Part shown: piece after piece, positions 49,669 through 62,619 of the stretch | Numbering within the stretch: position 1 is the stretch's first letter | How the letters are laid out: every line of letters starts with the position of its first letter | DNA from: Macrostomum lignano | Lineage: Eukaryota | Reading direction: 5' to 3' | Assembly: GCA_002269645.1 (NCBI GenBank) | Contig: NIVC01001010.1 | Location: 248,001-312,000 of the forward strand | DNA length: 64,000 bases | The notes under the pieces: model-generated | Told to the model about the DNA's origin: nothing | What the model saw: the letters and a program-made list of their open reading frames with translations, nothing else | Database searches by the model: none | Translations under genes and position numbers: made by a program

Positions 49669-49758
49669 CATCGTTCAACAATCTGCTGATGACGCGGGAC
49701 ATGGCGATGCACTGTCGGGTGCCATAGTCCGGCGAATTGTCGAACTGCATTTCCAGCG
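49669..49758 (-). CDS. ESRP: ESRP/fusilli 90-bp exon (SLEMQFDNSPDYGTRQCIAMSRVISRLLNDG)
   Basis: Aligns to the ESRP YG...V.DM..II..M segment. Acceptor aattag and donor G|GTGAGT; phase 1/1. Confidence 0.8.
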
Positions 49759-51394
49759 CTAATTGATTGGCCGCCCAGTTTGGGCAAGTCGAGTTAAGGA
49801 AGGAACAACAAGGTCAAACGCTATTCAAATCCCACCCACCCACCCAGTTCCCAACTCCGGCTCCCCTTGCCACCCAGAAGACCAACAATTGCAACATTCC
49901 TTTTACAGTCTTGTCTTGACCCACTCTTGCGAGTTGTATAGTATAGTATAAGTGGAGTTGAGACACAGCTTGAGAAGATTTTGAACTGGCTATAAAATTA
50001 TTCTTTTTATTTTTCTTGAGCCAGCCCCCCCCCAAGGCCAGGCAACAGCTGCAAGCGTGGGGGGTGGAAGGAGGAGGGAAAATTTCCAAGATCCAGAATA
50101 AATCCCACTGTGCTTCCCTTAGCTGGCCCGGGGTTCTTCGGGGGGGGTGGGGTGGGGGTTTAATGAGGATTAAACTCGGGAGCTCAAGGCAGCAGCTGCT
50201 GTTGAGCACCTTTCTACACCGCGCACTGATCGTGAAAGCCATTCTCAAATGGTGAGTTATTAAGACTCAAACGACCGGCTAAAACAATGTACGCTTGTAC
50301 ACTTCTCCTGTGCGTGCTCGCCCGCGTGCAACACGGATTCTGCTTTCGAAGCAAAAATCGATCTGGTTCCGCTCTGACTCTCCGCCTGACTCCCAAAAAT
50401 CGATCGATAATTCACTTCTCAGGAGGGAAATTAAAACTGGCTGTTGTTTTCGTGTGCACAGTTGCGCTACTCTCCCCCTTACTCCCCTCTAACCTCTGCT
50501 GATCGTCTCTCCCGGACCTGAGCTCTCCCGCGGCTTCGGTGGGTTGGACAAACATTTTTTTTTACCTATAGTTCTCAAATATAAGAATCATAAGATCCGA
50601 CCGCTGGGAATTTTCCCAAAAAATCCTACTTTGTTACGAATAGACACTGGCTGACGCAATCCAGCGCTGAAGTCAAATACGGCGGTAATGAGATCGAGAC
50701 TCCCATAAGATCGACACTCGGCACTGACTTATCTCTCTCTAATTTCACGAATTGAGGCATTCCGCGATGAGGCGTCAATATTGAGTCGAGAAGTTAGTGG
50801 CTTATACAGCACCGGGGAAGAGAGGGGATCCCCGAGTTTGAAGGCAATTGCAGCTGCTCAAGAGGCCTATATGGCGCTTGAGCATGAAGAGACAATAGAG
50901 GTAGGGGTTGCGCAGCTGCGGTCACTGCCGCTTCCAAAACTCCCAGTTTATGGAAATCCCCCCGGCCCCGGTAAACAAAGGGAGACATACTTATGCACAC
51001 AGAGGAAGCCGGGATAGCCAGAGAGAGTCGCATGCTGTTGCAGAAACAGCTGTTGCCTTGCCTATGGGGCAAAGAATTTAGGGGGGCCTAGTTAAAGCTA
51101 GGCATTTTGCTCAGGCTAGAAATTTAATATCGCTCGCTGTCTCTTGCTCAGCGAGAGCGCATGCCGACTCAAATTAGAATAAGAGTAGTAATTAAGGCTT
51201 ACTTCATTCACCTATCAGGGCGCCTTGTCAGGGGCTATTGGAAGGGTCAATTTTCGAACGTTTGCTGCGATTTGAAGGCCGAATTTTAATACAATCTGAC
51301 ACCCTGTGCGCGGCCTGCAGAGACTAAGAAATCTTTGGCAAACTTGGGTCAGAGTTTTTGCTTTGGAAAATTGCACGATCTGAATAATGCCCTC

Positions 51395-52425
51395 TGCTGC
51401 CCCTCCAGTGCTACCTCAGATCCTCCAGTGCTATCCCCTTGTCCTCCAGTGCTATCCCCTTGTCCTCCAGTGCTATCCCCTTGTCCTCCAGTGCTACCCC
51501 AGGTCCTCCAGTGCTATCCCCTTGTCCTCCAGTGCTACCCCCTTGTCCTCCAGTGCTACCCCAGGTCCTCCAGTGCTATCCCCTTGTCCTCCAGTGCTAC
51601 CCCCTTGTCCTCCAGTGCTACCCCAGGTCCTCCAGTGCTATCCCCTTGTCCTCCAGTGCTACCCCCTTGTCCTCCAGTGCTACCCCAGGTCCTCCAGTGC
51701 TATCCCCTTGTCCTCCAGTGCTACCCCTTGTCCTCCAGTGCTACCCCAGGTCCTCCAGTGCTATCCCCTTGTCCTCCAGTGCTACCCCCTTGTCCTCCAG
51801 TGCTACCCCAGGTCCTCCAGTGCTACCTCAGGTCCTCCAGTGCTACCTCAGGTCCTCCAATGCTACCTCAGGTCCTCCAGTGCTACCTCAGGTCCTCCAG
51901 TGCTACTTCAGGTCCTCCAGTGCTACCTCAGGTCCTCCAGTGCTACCCCCTTGTCCTCCAGTGCTACCCCAGGTCCTCCAGTGCTACCCCAGGTCCTCCA
52001 GTGCTACCCCAGGTCCTCCAGTGCTATCCCCTTGTCCTCCAGTGCTACCCCCTTGTCCTCCAGTGCTACCCCAGGTCCTCCAGTGCTATCCCCTTGTCAT
52101 CCAGTGCTATCCCTTGTCCTCCAGTGCTACCTCAGGTCCTCCAGTGCTACCTCAGGTCCTCCAGTGCTACCTCAGGTCCTCCAGTGCTACCTCAGGTCCT
52201 CCAGTGCTACCTCAGGTCCTCCAGTGCTACCTCAGGTCCTCCAGTGCTACCTCAGGTCCTCCAGTGCTACCTCAGGTCCTCCAGTGCTACCTCAGGTCCT
52301 CCAGTGCTACCTCAGGTCCTCCAGTGCTACCTCAGGTCCTCCAGTGCTACCTCAGGTCCTCCAGTGCTACCTCAGGTCCTCCAGTGCTACCTCAGGTCCT
52401 CCAGTGCTACCTCAGGTCCTCCAGT
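51395..52425. repeat. 20-22 bp minisatellite (caggtcctccagtgctacct / tcctccagtgctatccccttg)
   Basis: Two variant unit types, homogenised towards the 52425 end. Confidence 0.95.
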
Positions 52426-52452
52426 CCCCAGTTCTTGCACTCGAAAGGATAC

Positions 52453-52690
52453 AGTCCAGCATGTCCTTGAGCGACACAATGGTGTCAGGCTCGGAATTGC
52501 GGCCTTTGAGAAACTCTTTGCGCAGATCGAAGAACGAATAGAAATACGGAAACTGCTCTAGCGAGATCTTCTTCGAGCAGGTCTCCGGGTGGAACACCAG
52601 CCGCATGGGATGCTGGCCCTCCAGCACCAGGGTGAAGGTCTTGCCACCCGACTCCGGGTGGATGCCTTTGTTTCGCAGGAACTTGTCCAT
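52453..52690 (-). CDS. ESRP: ESRP/fusilli exon (DnaQ-like exonuclease-fold region)
   Basis: F.LV.EGQ...R...HPE...K......YFYSFFDLRKEF matches ESRP. Acceptor ttgcag at 52691; donor T|GTATCC at 52452. Confidence 0.9.
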
Positions 52691-53252
52691 CTGCAATGCG
52701 CATAACGACCGGTGAGGTTTTCTTGTCTCCATTAAGTGAACACGTCACTGAACACTACTGTCTAGGAAATTCAGTTTTTACAAGAAACGAATCTAAAATT
52801 ATATAATATCAGTCTATGGCTTCAGGACCGCTGACGCCATTGAAGTCAAGAGACTATGAGTCACTGACACTGATGGAAGTCAAGGGGGTCAGCTGCCCTC
52901 GCCCCTTCATCAATCACGTGAAGATGCGTGGAGGTCACGATTCTTGAAAAAATATCGTCTTACTAAAACATTACGGTTAACGGGTCGTTTCACAAACCCG
53001 AAATTTCGACAGGGTCTTTCGACATTGTGAAATTTCGGGTTTGTGAAATCTCCTATCCATCCAGTGTATTTTGACATTGTGAAATTTCGAATTATAAGAG
53101 CCAACCATGACTTACTCACTACTGAGTTTTTGGCAGCTGACAAAAACTTTACAACCTTAAACTCTAACTTAGGACTCAATCATAAGCGCAGTGCTCTAAA
53201 AAAATTATAACAAACTTTTTAAATCTTTATAAAACTGACAATAAATGCGCAC

Positions 53253-53426
53253 CTCTTCGAGCACAGACTCGAGGTAGCTCGCCGAATGGAACGAGTCGGC
53301 GCTAAGTCCCGTCTCCGACCGGCACTCCTCAGAAATAGTTGCCAAGCCGTCCTCCTCGGAGTTGTCCGAACCAGTCTGGCCAGGGTTCACCTGCGGCTTC
53401 ACCAGGTGCTGCTCGACCGCGATGAT
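53253..53426 (-). CDS. ESRP: ESRP/fusilli exon (IIAVEQHLVKPQ...ISEECRSETGL...LESVLEE)
   Basis: Matches ESRP LVRP...LTEDCKEETKI...LDQAL. Acceptor gccag at 53427; donor GAG|GTGCGC at 53252. Confidence 0.85.
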
Positions 53427-53554
53427 CTGGCATCGTTTATATTGAGGTGTACATTGTAATGCGCCTATAAAACACTATAGTGACCTAATTAAAGGCTCCT
53501 ACTCACCGGTAACCTTGGATTTCAGCGGGCCAGTGGGAAGGGGGTCGCCTGAAC

Positions 53555-55617
53555 GTGCCCCCATGTTCTGCCCTCAGTGTGCCCCCCCCCCTATGTTCTG
53601 CCCTCAGTGTGCCCCCCCTATGTTCTGCCCTCAGTGTGCCCCCCCCTATGTTCTGCCCTCAGTGTGCCCCCCTATGTTCTGCCCTCAGTGTGCCCCCCCC
53701 CTATGTTCTGCCCTCAAGTGTGGCGCCCCCCATGTTCTGCCCTCAGTGTGCCCCCCCCCTATGTTCTGCCCTCAAGTGTGGCGCCCCCCCATGTTCTGCC
53801 CTCAGTGTGGCGCCCCTCATGTTCTGCCCTCAAGTGTGGCGCCCCCATGTTCTGCCCTCAGTGTGGCGCCCCCATGTTCTGCCCTCAAGTGTGGCGCCCC
53901 CCATGTTCTGCCCTCAAGTGTGGCGCCCCCCATGTTCTGCCCTCAGTGTGGCGCCCCCCATGTTCTGCCCTCAGTGTGGCGCCCCCCATGTTCTGCCCTC
54001 AGTGTGCCCCCCCCCCCCTATGTTCTGCCCTTAAGTGTGGCGCCCCCCCATGTTCTGCCCTCAGTGTGGCGCCCCCTATGTTCTGCCCTCAGTGTGCCCC
54101 CCCTATGTTCTGCCCTCAGTGTGCCCCCCCCCTATGTTCTGCCCTCAGTGTGCCCCCCCTATGTTCTGCCCTCAGTGTGCCCCCCCCCCTATGTTCTGCC
54201 CTCAGTGTGCCCCCCTATGTTCTGCCCTCAGTGTGCCCCCCCTATGTTCTGCCCTCAAGTGTGGCGCCCCCCATGTTCTGCCCTCAGTGTGCCCCCCCCC
54301 CTATGTTCTGCCCTCAAGTGTGGCGCCCCCCCATGTTCTGCCCTCAGTGTGGCGCCCCTCATGTTCTGCCCTCAAGTGTGGCGCCCCCCATGTTCTGCCC
54401 TCAGTGTGGCGCCCCCCATGTTCTGCCCTCAAGTGTGGCGCCCCCCATGTTCTGCCCTCAAGTGTGGCGCCCCCCATGTTCTGCCCTCAGTGTGGCGCCC
54501 CCCATGTTCTGCCCTCAGTGTGGCGCCCCCATGTTCTGCCCTCAGTGTGCCCCCCCCCCCTATGTTCTGCCCTTAAGTGTGGCGCCCCCCCATGTTCTGC
54601 CCTCAGTGTGGCGCCCCCTATGTTCTGCCCTCAGTGTGGCGCCCCCCCATGTTCTGCCCTTAAGTGTGGCGCCCCCCATGTTCTGCCCTCAGTGTGCCCC
54701 CCCATGTTCTGCCCTCAGTGTGGCGCCCCCCATGTTCTGCCCTCAGTGTGCCCCCCCCTATGTTCTGCCCTCAAGTGTGGCGCCCCCCATGTTCTGCCCT
54801 CAGTGTGGCGCCCCCCATGTTCTGCCCTCAGTGTGGCGGCCCCCCATGTTCTGCCCTCAGTGTGGCGGCCCCCTATGTTCTGCCCTCAGTGTGGCGCCCC
54901 CCATGTTCTGCCCTCAGTGTGGCGCCCCCCATGTTCTGCCCTCAGTGTGCCCCCCCCCCTATGTTCTGCCCTCAAGTGTGGCGCCCCCCCATGTTCTGCC
55001 CTCAGAGTGGCGCCCCCATGTTCTGCCCGCAGTCTAGCACCCCCCCTTGTTCTGCCCTCAGTGTGCCCCCCCATGTTCTGCCCTCAGTGTGGCGGCCCCC
55101 CATGTTCTGCCCCCAGTGTGGCGCCCCCCATGTTCTGCCCTCAGTGTGGCGCCCCCCCCCTATGTTCTGCCCTCAGTGTGGCGCCCCCCTATGTTCTGCC
55201 CTCAGTGTGGCGCCCCCCCATGTTCTGCCCTCAGTGTGGCGCCCCCCATGTTCTGCCCTCAGTGTGCCCCCCCCCCTATGTTCTGCCCTCAAGTGTGGCG
55301 CCCCCCCCATGTTCTGCCCTCAAGTGTGGCGCCCCCCATGTTCTGCCCGCAGTCTGGCACCCCCCCCCTGTTCTGCCCTCAGTGTGCCCCCCCCTGTTCT
55401 GCCCTCAGTGTGCCCCCCCATGTTCTGCCCTCAGTGTGGCGCCCCCCCATGTTCTGCCCTCAGTGTGGCGGCCCCCCATGTTCTGCCCCCAGTGTGGCGC
55501 CCCCATGTTCTGCCCTCAGTGTGGCGCCCCCCCCCATGTTCTGCCCTCAGTGTGGCGGCCCCCCATGTTCTGCCCCCAGTGTGGCGCCTCCCATGTTCTG
55601 CCCTCAGTGTGGCGCCC
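53555..55617. repeat. ~25-30 bp C-rich minisatellite (atgttctgccctcagtgtggcgccccc)
   Basis: About 75 units differing in poly-C length. Confidence 0.96.
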
Positions 55618-55648
55618 GCTACCGAAACAAGCGCCAAGATCTGCTCAC

Positions 55649-55777
55649 CTTGTTATGCCGCACATCGTGAATGAGGTAGGCTATCAGGCAGATTGGCGCC
55701 TCATCTGTGCCAATCTCTTCGCCCTGCTTGCCACAGGTGGTCAGGTGCAAAGCCACTAAGTAGTCGGGCTGAGGCAT
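55649..55777 (-). CDS. ESRP: ESRP/fusilli first conserved coding exon (MPQPDYLVALHLTTCGKQGEEIGTDE...)
   Basis: Matches the ESRP N-terminus PDYLVVLF..T.G..G..LGSDE. Donor AAG|GTGAG at 55648. The frame is open upstream, with a phase-1 acceptor at 55981. Confidence 0.88.
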
Positions 55778-57081
55778 GATGCTCGAATTAGAATTTCCTG
55801 GATTTGGTTGTTTTCCAACAACAGCAGCAGCGGCAGCGGCGGTGGCGGTGGGCCTGTCAGGCGGCGGCGAAGAGCCAGATATCGCAACTCCGAGCTCGCC
55901 CACTGGCGCTGCTGCAGTCGCGGCTGCTTTTGTAGTAGCGGAGAAGGCCAAGCGGCGGTTGGTTGCTCTCGCTGCCTGGCCTGGCGGGGGGAGGTTTGGT
56001 TGGTTAACTCCTTACTCAGCTTGAGCAGGCTAGGGGGACTGACGGAGCCAATACGGCCGCTGGGGCTCCAGCCAGCCACCCCCGCCCGCCAAACCTTCTC
56101 TGCCCCCCCCCATCTCCCTCGTTCCTCGACTGTTCAAATCGGAGGTACGAGTATTGTGTTGCAATAGCATAGCATATCCGTTCTCAGCCTAAGCTAGCTG
56201 TGCTCAAATTAAACTGTATGAAATCAAACTCGAGCTTAAAAAAAGCTTAATAAAAACTACGACTATAAATCCCCCGAGTGCGTCTGCGCACGCAAACAGA
56301 AACAAATAATATTTGGGAAGAAGCTTTCATTTCCTGTGGTGGTGAAAGGGAATCGAAAAAAATCAGTTTTTGCACTGTCAATTAAGTCTAAGAACTGGCC
56401 TTTCAGTTTTAGCTAACTTTTCCCTGTCTTCTACTGCAGTGTCCTTACACACATACTACATACTCCGATTGTTGCTTTGCAGGTGTAATGCGAGCGATCC
56501 AATCCTTCCCAATGGGTGAGCCAGGTCCATGTGACTACAGGCACCTACAGATGAAATCCTGTTTATCAAATATCAATCAATCGCGAGTCAATCCATATGG
56601 GTTTCTATTGAGCAACTAGTTTTATAGTCTTTTATACTCAGCTGCCCCCAGACAAGAGTTCATCAACAGGTTGTTGTCATACAGGGCCAAGGGGCGCCAG
56701 CACAGCGAACGGCGAGTGGTTTAGCTGTTGTGAAGTTATAACTCCCAATGGGTCGCATACAACACAAACCTGCAATTCATAGATTCTTACCCATGCTACA
56801 TTTGTAGAGCCTCATTCTGGTTTTCTGATAATTTATTGACGAGTTGATTTTTTATGCAAATTCTGATTCTGATTATAATTAGTCAGAGTCAAGTAAACTG
56901 CAAACGGTCGAACGGAGGTGGTATGAGGGGCTGTCGTTGTCAATCTCTCCTCCATTGGCATTGTCATCGTGCACAAGGCAAGATAGACATGTACAGCAGT
57001 ATTTTATTTAAAAAATGTCGACATATCAGGGTCAGAAATTTCACTAATTAGTATAGGGGGGGGGGGCAAAAACAAACTCAC

Positions 57082-57190
57082 CGTTCTCGCAGGTGAAGCG
57101 AAGCAGGGCGCACGGCTCGTCACTAATTAGGGTGCGCGCGAATATGTCGTCGCAGATGCACTTGGACGGGCAGGTGGTGAAGGCCGCCAT
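57082..57190 (-). CDS. Putative upstream ESRP exon (MAAFTTCPSKCICDDIFARTLISDEPCALLRFTCENG)
   Basis: Pyrimidine tract plus CAG directly before ATG. The strong phase-1 donor G|GTGAGT is compatible with the acceptor at 55981. No homology recognised. Confidence 0.45.
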
Positions 57191-58039
57191 CTGGTGCAGG
57201 TGGAAGGCAAAGTGGAAACTTGAATTGCACAGGTTGAAACTTAGAGGGAGGGGGCGGCCTCTATGGCTTGGCTTTTGAACTGGCGGAGGGGATAGGGGTG
57301 GTGGCGTGGCTGGCGTATGTACATTGACACTGTACATTGATAGAACAACCTCTTATTCTCCAAGCCAAGTAGCGGGTACCGCCGGGCAGACAGGATCGAT
57401 ATTTATTTAGTATTATTATTACTATTACTATGGCTCCCTGTTAATTAGAGGTGCAACTTAGAGGCCATGATGCAAATGTTTACGAACTTGACGGCGGCGG
57501 CGGCAAAGATAAAAGGAAGGTGAATAAGGCGAGCATGTTGTTATTGGGGTCTCTCCCTGTTTATCTGAGCTCTGTCGTCAGCCCTGCTTGTGTCTCTTGA
57601 ACATTCAATTTAAGATTTCGCTTTTGCCCAGAACTTTTACTATTCTGTGAGTTTTTGAATGTTGACTTGAACCTGTAGTGTAGGAAATGCTATAAACGAA
57701 TTGTAAACAATTCTTTCTTTTCTTCTGCGCAAAATTTATGCAAAATTTTACAAGTGAAACTATAAATTTAATTAAAATCAGATTTATACATTCACGCAAA
57801 AATTACTAGTGCCATTTAAAATATGCATATAAAAATATATTGCTTACTGATGTTAAAGTTTGCTATATTACTTTTAGTAGGCCAAGCTCAACCAAAAAAA
57901 TAGGCTTTATTATTTTAAAAGTAGATAAAAGACAAAAATAAAAAACAACTTCATCTCTCACGGAAAGTCCTTAGAATCTTTAAACAGATTCACAGGATCA
58001 GAATAAGTGCACAGTCCCTAAACACCCATAGTCCCTAGA

Positions 58040-58300
58040 TCAGACAGAAACCCACAGTCCAGAGATCAGAACCCACAGTCCAGAGATCAGAATCCACAAT
58101 ACAAGGATCAGAACCCACAGTCCCTGGATCAGAACTCACACTCCCTGGATCAGAACCCACAGTCCCTGGATCAGAACCCACAGTCCCTGGATCAGAACTC
58201 ACACTCCCTGGATCAGAACCCACAGTCCCTGGATCAGAACTCACACTCCCTGGATCAGAACCCACAGTCCCTGGATCAGAACCGACAGTCTCTGGATCAG
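58040..58300. repeat. 21-bp minisatellite (ggatcagaacccacagtccct)
   Basis: 7-aa periodicity in the ORF track. Confidence 0.9.
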
Positions 58301-58971
58301 AACAGAACAGAAGCACAGTCGGGGTAGCGGAAGTTCTTCATTCCAGGAATCCGCAGTGCAAATGCATGATGAGATGACAGATAATGCGGCAAGCGACAGA
58401 GCGCAGCAGTTTTAACTTTGAACTGATGGATGATGGGTTTATGCAAAACAGCTAGAAAAATCGAACTATAAGTAAAAAACGAGGGACCTCCTTGGTCCCA
58501 TATCTTTCCTATATGGTGCAAGGTCATCGCTTTGGAAATATTCCTTCGATATTGGAGCCGCAGGGTGACGCTGTGTATTTCCGTCAGGCAGCTGTCACCT
58601 GCGGATCGCAACTGTCTATAGCATCGCACAGGGCGGTGGCGGCAAGGCAGATGGATACTGCTGCCTGACCCCTAGAACTTCCCAAATCCTATTTGTATTC
58701 CCATATCTTAGCCATGGCATCAGCTGCAGTCTTTTTAAAATGCACACACAGCGAAATGCAACTTTACTGAAACATTCTTGTACAGCAGCAGCAGTCATCA
58801 GCCATCAGCCATCGGGATACCGCGGTGCGGAGGGGGGTGTGCAATTCCCTAATTTTTTTCTCAACCCTGAATGCACTGCATGCATGCATGGCTTTTCAAT
58901 GACTTACATATTGCGGTAAATGCATGTACTACGAACTATAATTAAAATTTTGATCGTCGAAAAAATTCTAT

Positions 58972-58973
<2 letters not shown>

Positions 58974-59032
<59 letters not shown>

Positions 59033-59052
59033 AAGAGAGAGAGAGAGAGAGC
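58974..59052. repeat. (GA)n microsatellite
   Basis: Read directly. Confidence 0.97.
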
Positions 59053-59789
59053 GCGAACAGTCGTCATTTAAGCGACGGAGATTTCTTGCAGAGAATGCAT
59101 GCAGCAGCTGTCTTTGTCCGCTATGGAATCGAGCATCTCTGCATTACTGGCTGAAACTTTCACACCGGTCCTGCGCTGAATCTCCTATAATCTCCCACGT
59201 TGCCCAGGTTACTTATACATCGCTATATTGGAAGTTTTTAACGCAATTCTATCTAGGAGAAATGGCGCGATCCCATTTAGGGGGGGGGGGTCGGGGATAA
59301 ACAATTTACATGTGGCGGTTGGCGGTTGTAGTTGCACTTTTTAGAAGGCTGTTTTGCACAGCCTCGAATTACACAGTACGAATGTGCACTTACTGTATAC
59401 ATTTAGTGCATGCATGTCCCAAACATATTGTTCCCTCCAATATAGAAGAAGATCTGTCATTTCCACAGAGCCCTGCAGCTTTCACTGATGCACCACCGTC
59501 CTCCGACTGAAGCAATACGCAGTGTAGGTGAACAGCGACAGAACGACCGTGCAATCGTTTCATGCAGACATTGCCAAATTGCAACTTTGTGCCATTTAAA
59601 GCTTTGATGATGAATAAAACACGTCTGGCTTGCTGGCTTTTGCTTTTTCTTTCTTTTCTTTAGATTGTGACCGTTTGTCTTTTCAACTGCGCATTTTATA
59701 AGAACCAAAAATAGTAAATACTGCAGATGCAGTTAAACAGTGAACACTGCCCTGAGACAGGAGATTGGCAGTCCAATATAGAGGCAAGA

Positions 59790-60605
59790 GAGTGAAAATC
59801 AGCCAGTAGAGACAGGAGAGTGACAGTCGAGTATAGAAAGGAGAGTGACAGTCCAATAAAGATACAGAAGAGTGACAGTCCAATAAAGAGACAGGAGAGT
59901 GACAGCCCTACGAGTATTCAGAGATAGGAGAGTGACAGTCCAATACAGAGACAGGAGAGTGACAGTCCAATAAAGAGACAGGAGAGTGACAGCCCTACGA
60001 GTATTCAGAGATAGGAGAGTGACAGTCCAATACAGAGACAGGAGAGTGACAGTCCCATACAGAGACAGGAGAGTGACAGTCCAATACAGAGACAGGAGAG
60101 TGACAGTCCCATACAGAGACAGGAGAGTGACAGTCCCAGAGAGACAGTAGAGTAACAGTCCAATACAGAGACAGGAGAGTGAAAGTCCAACAATGAGACA
60201 GGCGAGTGACAGCCCTATTCAGAGACAGGAGACTGACAGTCCTATTCAGAGACAGGAGAGTGACAGTCCAATACAGAGACAGGAGAGTGACAGTCCAATA
60301 CAGAGACAGGAGGTGACAGCCCTATTCAGAGACAGGAGAGTGACAGTCCAATACAGAGACAGGAGAGTGACAGTCCAATACAGAGACAGGAGAGTGACAG
60401 TCCAATACAGAGACAGGAGAGTGACAGTCCAATACAGAGACAGGAGAGTGACAGTCCAATACAGAGACAGGAGAGTGACAGTCCAATACAGAGACAGGAG
60501 AGTGACAGTCCAATACAGAGACAGGAGAGTGACAGTCCTATTCAGAGACAGGAGAGTGACAGTCCAATACAAAGACAGGATAGTGACAGTCCCAGAGAGA
60601 CAGGA
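59790..60605. repeat. 27-bp minisatellite (cagagacaggagagtgacagtccaata)
   Basis: 9-aa periodicity in the ORF track. Confidence 0.93.
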
Positions 60606-61494
60606 GAGTCGTGAGACAGATGTTGACAGCACAGATGGTCAATGCTGGCGGGAGGTCCTGTCCCACTCGCAAAAACTCACCCTAGTCCTCGTGCTACTTT
60701 ATTGGTGCAAAGGCTGCGGAATCAGTGAGTGCAGAAGCGGTCGAGCCCGAGCTGCCACAGGCACATCCAGGCCGCGGACTTCATGACGCCTGCATCGATG
60801 GCCTGTGCCGCGGACGGCTGTATCTCTGCTTCTGCCTGACTCTTTTCGCCGAATTTAAAAAGGCCGCAGGTAAAAATCGTTTTGCAGTTTAGTGAAATCA
60901 CCTGTTGGGAGAAAAAATTTCTAAGCTATTTCAAGATTCAGTCCCATGACGATGTTGAATTGATGGGAGAATTCTGTGCAGTCCTTTCCAGCATCCTTCT
61001 GAAGGAGCATTTTTTCCTTGCTTATTCTAGCGTTGCTAGGCGGTGGGAGTTGGAGGCAGGCATTTTTCAAGAGGTTGGGCCGCCACTTTTTGATCCAACT
61101 TTCGAGCCTCTCGCAAAAAATATTGTCCCGAAAAGTTGCGGCAGCCCAGGTAGCTTGTAGCATGAGAGAGAGGGGGGACAGATCATTGGGGATCAGCATT
61201 GGTGCTGTTTGGTCGAATAGGGACCTGGCCAGGGCTATCGAGCCGCCACCGCCAGTTCCCCTCCCCCCTCCATCTTGCATGCAGTGGCGCTGTTGCCGAC
61301 TGCTTGATGACGCTGCCGCATTTTTTTCCTATACTGCTGGTTGGCAAGCCGCGCAAACTTCTGCGATCTTTCGATTTTATAAATGCAGCTATTAGCATGC
61401 GCGGGTTCCCACACTCGGGGGCCCAGTCAGGATTCTTCATTGGGGGGGGGGTTGGATCTTTCGGTCCCGATATTCCATTTGAGTGGGCTGTAGC

Positions 61495-61990
61495 ACCAGA
61501 GTCTGTAGCACCAGGGGCTGTAGCACCAGAGGCTGTAGGGGCTGTAGCATTAGGGGCTGTAGCATTAGGGGCTGTAGCATTAGGGGCTGTAGCATTAGGG
61601 GCTGTAGCATTAGGGGCTGTAGCATTAGGGGCTGTAGCATTAGGGGCTGTAGCATTAGGGGCTGTAGCATTAGGGGCTGTAGCATTAGGGGCTGTAGCAT
61701 TAGGGGCTGTAGCATTAGGGGCTGTAGCATTAGGGGCTGTAGCATTAGGGGCTGTAGCATTAGGGGCTGTAGCATTAGGGGCTGTAGCATTAGGGGCTGT
61801 AGCATTAGGGGCTGTAGCATTAGGGGCTGTAGCATTAGGGGCTGTAGCATTAGGGGCTGTAGCATTAGGGGCTGTAGCATTAGGGGCTGTAGCATTGGGG
61901 CTGTAGCATTGGGGCTGTAGCATTAGGGGCTGTAGCACTAGGGCTGTAGCACTAGGGCTGTAGCACTAGAGGCTGTAAGGCTGTAGCGCC
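61495..61990. repeat. 15-bp minisatellite (ggggctgtagcatta)
   Basis: About 25 perfect units with degenerate flanks. Confidence 0.95.
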
Positions 61991-62619
61991 AGTCTGTAGC
62001 ACCAGGAGGGGCTGCCGGGGCGCCAGTACCCGGGGCGCCAGCACATGGGGCGTCAAAGCTGTTGCAAGGGTTACCCCATGTACTTTTGCCAGCGGATGGG
62101 GGCGCCACGACCCCCCCCCCTTGCCCCCTAGCTTGCCCCTCCCCGATCAGATTTTGATAGTCGCCTGGCTGCACGATTAATTGAAGATCTGCACGGTGAA
62201 CAAAACACAAAGCACAAAGAAAACACACGGCAGGATTGCCGCCATCATCGCCTAGAAGGAGCAGCTTAGTCTCTGCGCGTGCTATCCTGCCAGATCCGTT
62301 CCTGCTGGTGCCCCCGACGAAGAGACGCAGCCCTTGACGCGCGACAGTTGGCCCACTTGATCTCTCTTGTACTGTCAGGCCGGGTGCAGCGCTTTCGAAT
62401 CTTAATGAATTCTTTGGGAAAAGTCAAGTCTATTTGCCTGCGATTCTCGATCAAAAACCATCTCTATCTATCGCGTGCACTGCGTCTTGTGCGTGGCATT
62501 TCATTTGTCTGCATGCCCATCAGTGGGGTATTGCGGTAAGACTAAAACAACTCAGACAAATGCCAAGTGGTGTACAAGACACTCTATTGAGCTGTACAAG
62601 ATACGATTACTTTATTTAG

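Noticed and set aside
50781-51072. GC-rich short ORFs in an ESRP intron (similar ones at 44403-44861 and 37571-38072)
   Set aside because: No recognisable domain or consistent splice model; they may be decayed transposon fragments.
61183-61938. (NATAP)n ORF resembling a mucin with many N-glycosylation sequons; each unit also contains TTAGGG
   Set aside because: All frames are open because of the 15-bp repeat. There is no signal peptide or convincing splice context, and the telomere-like word is not in a (TTAGGG)n run.
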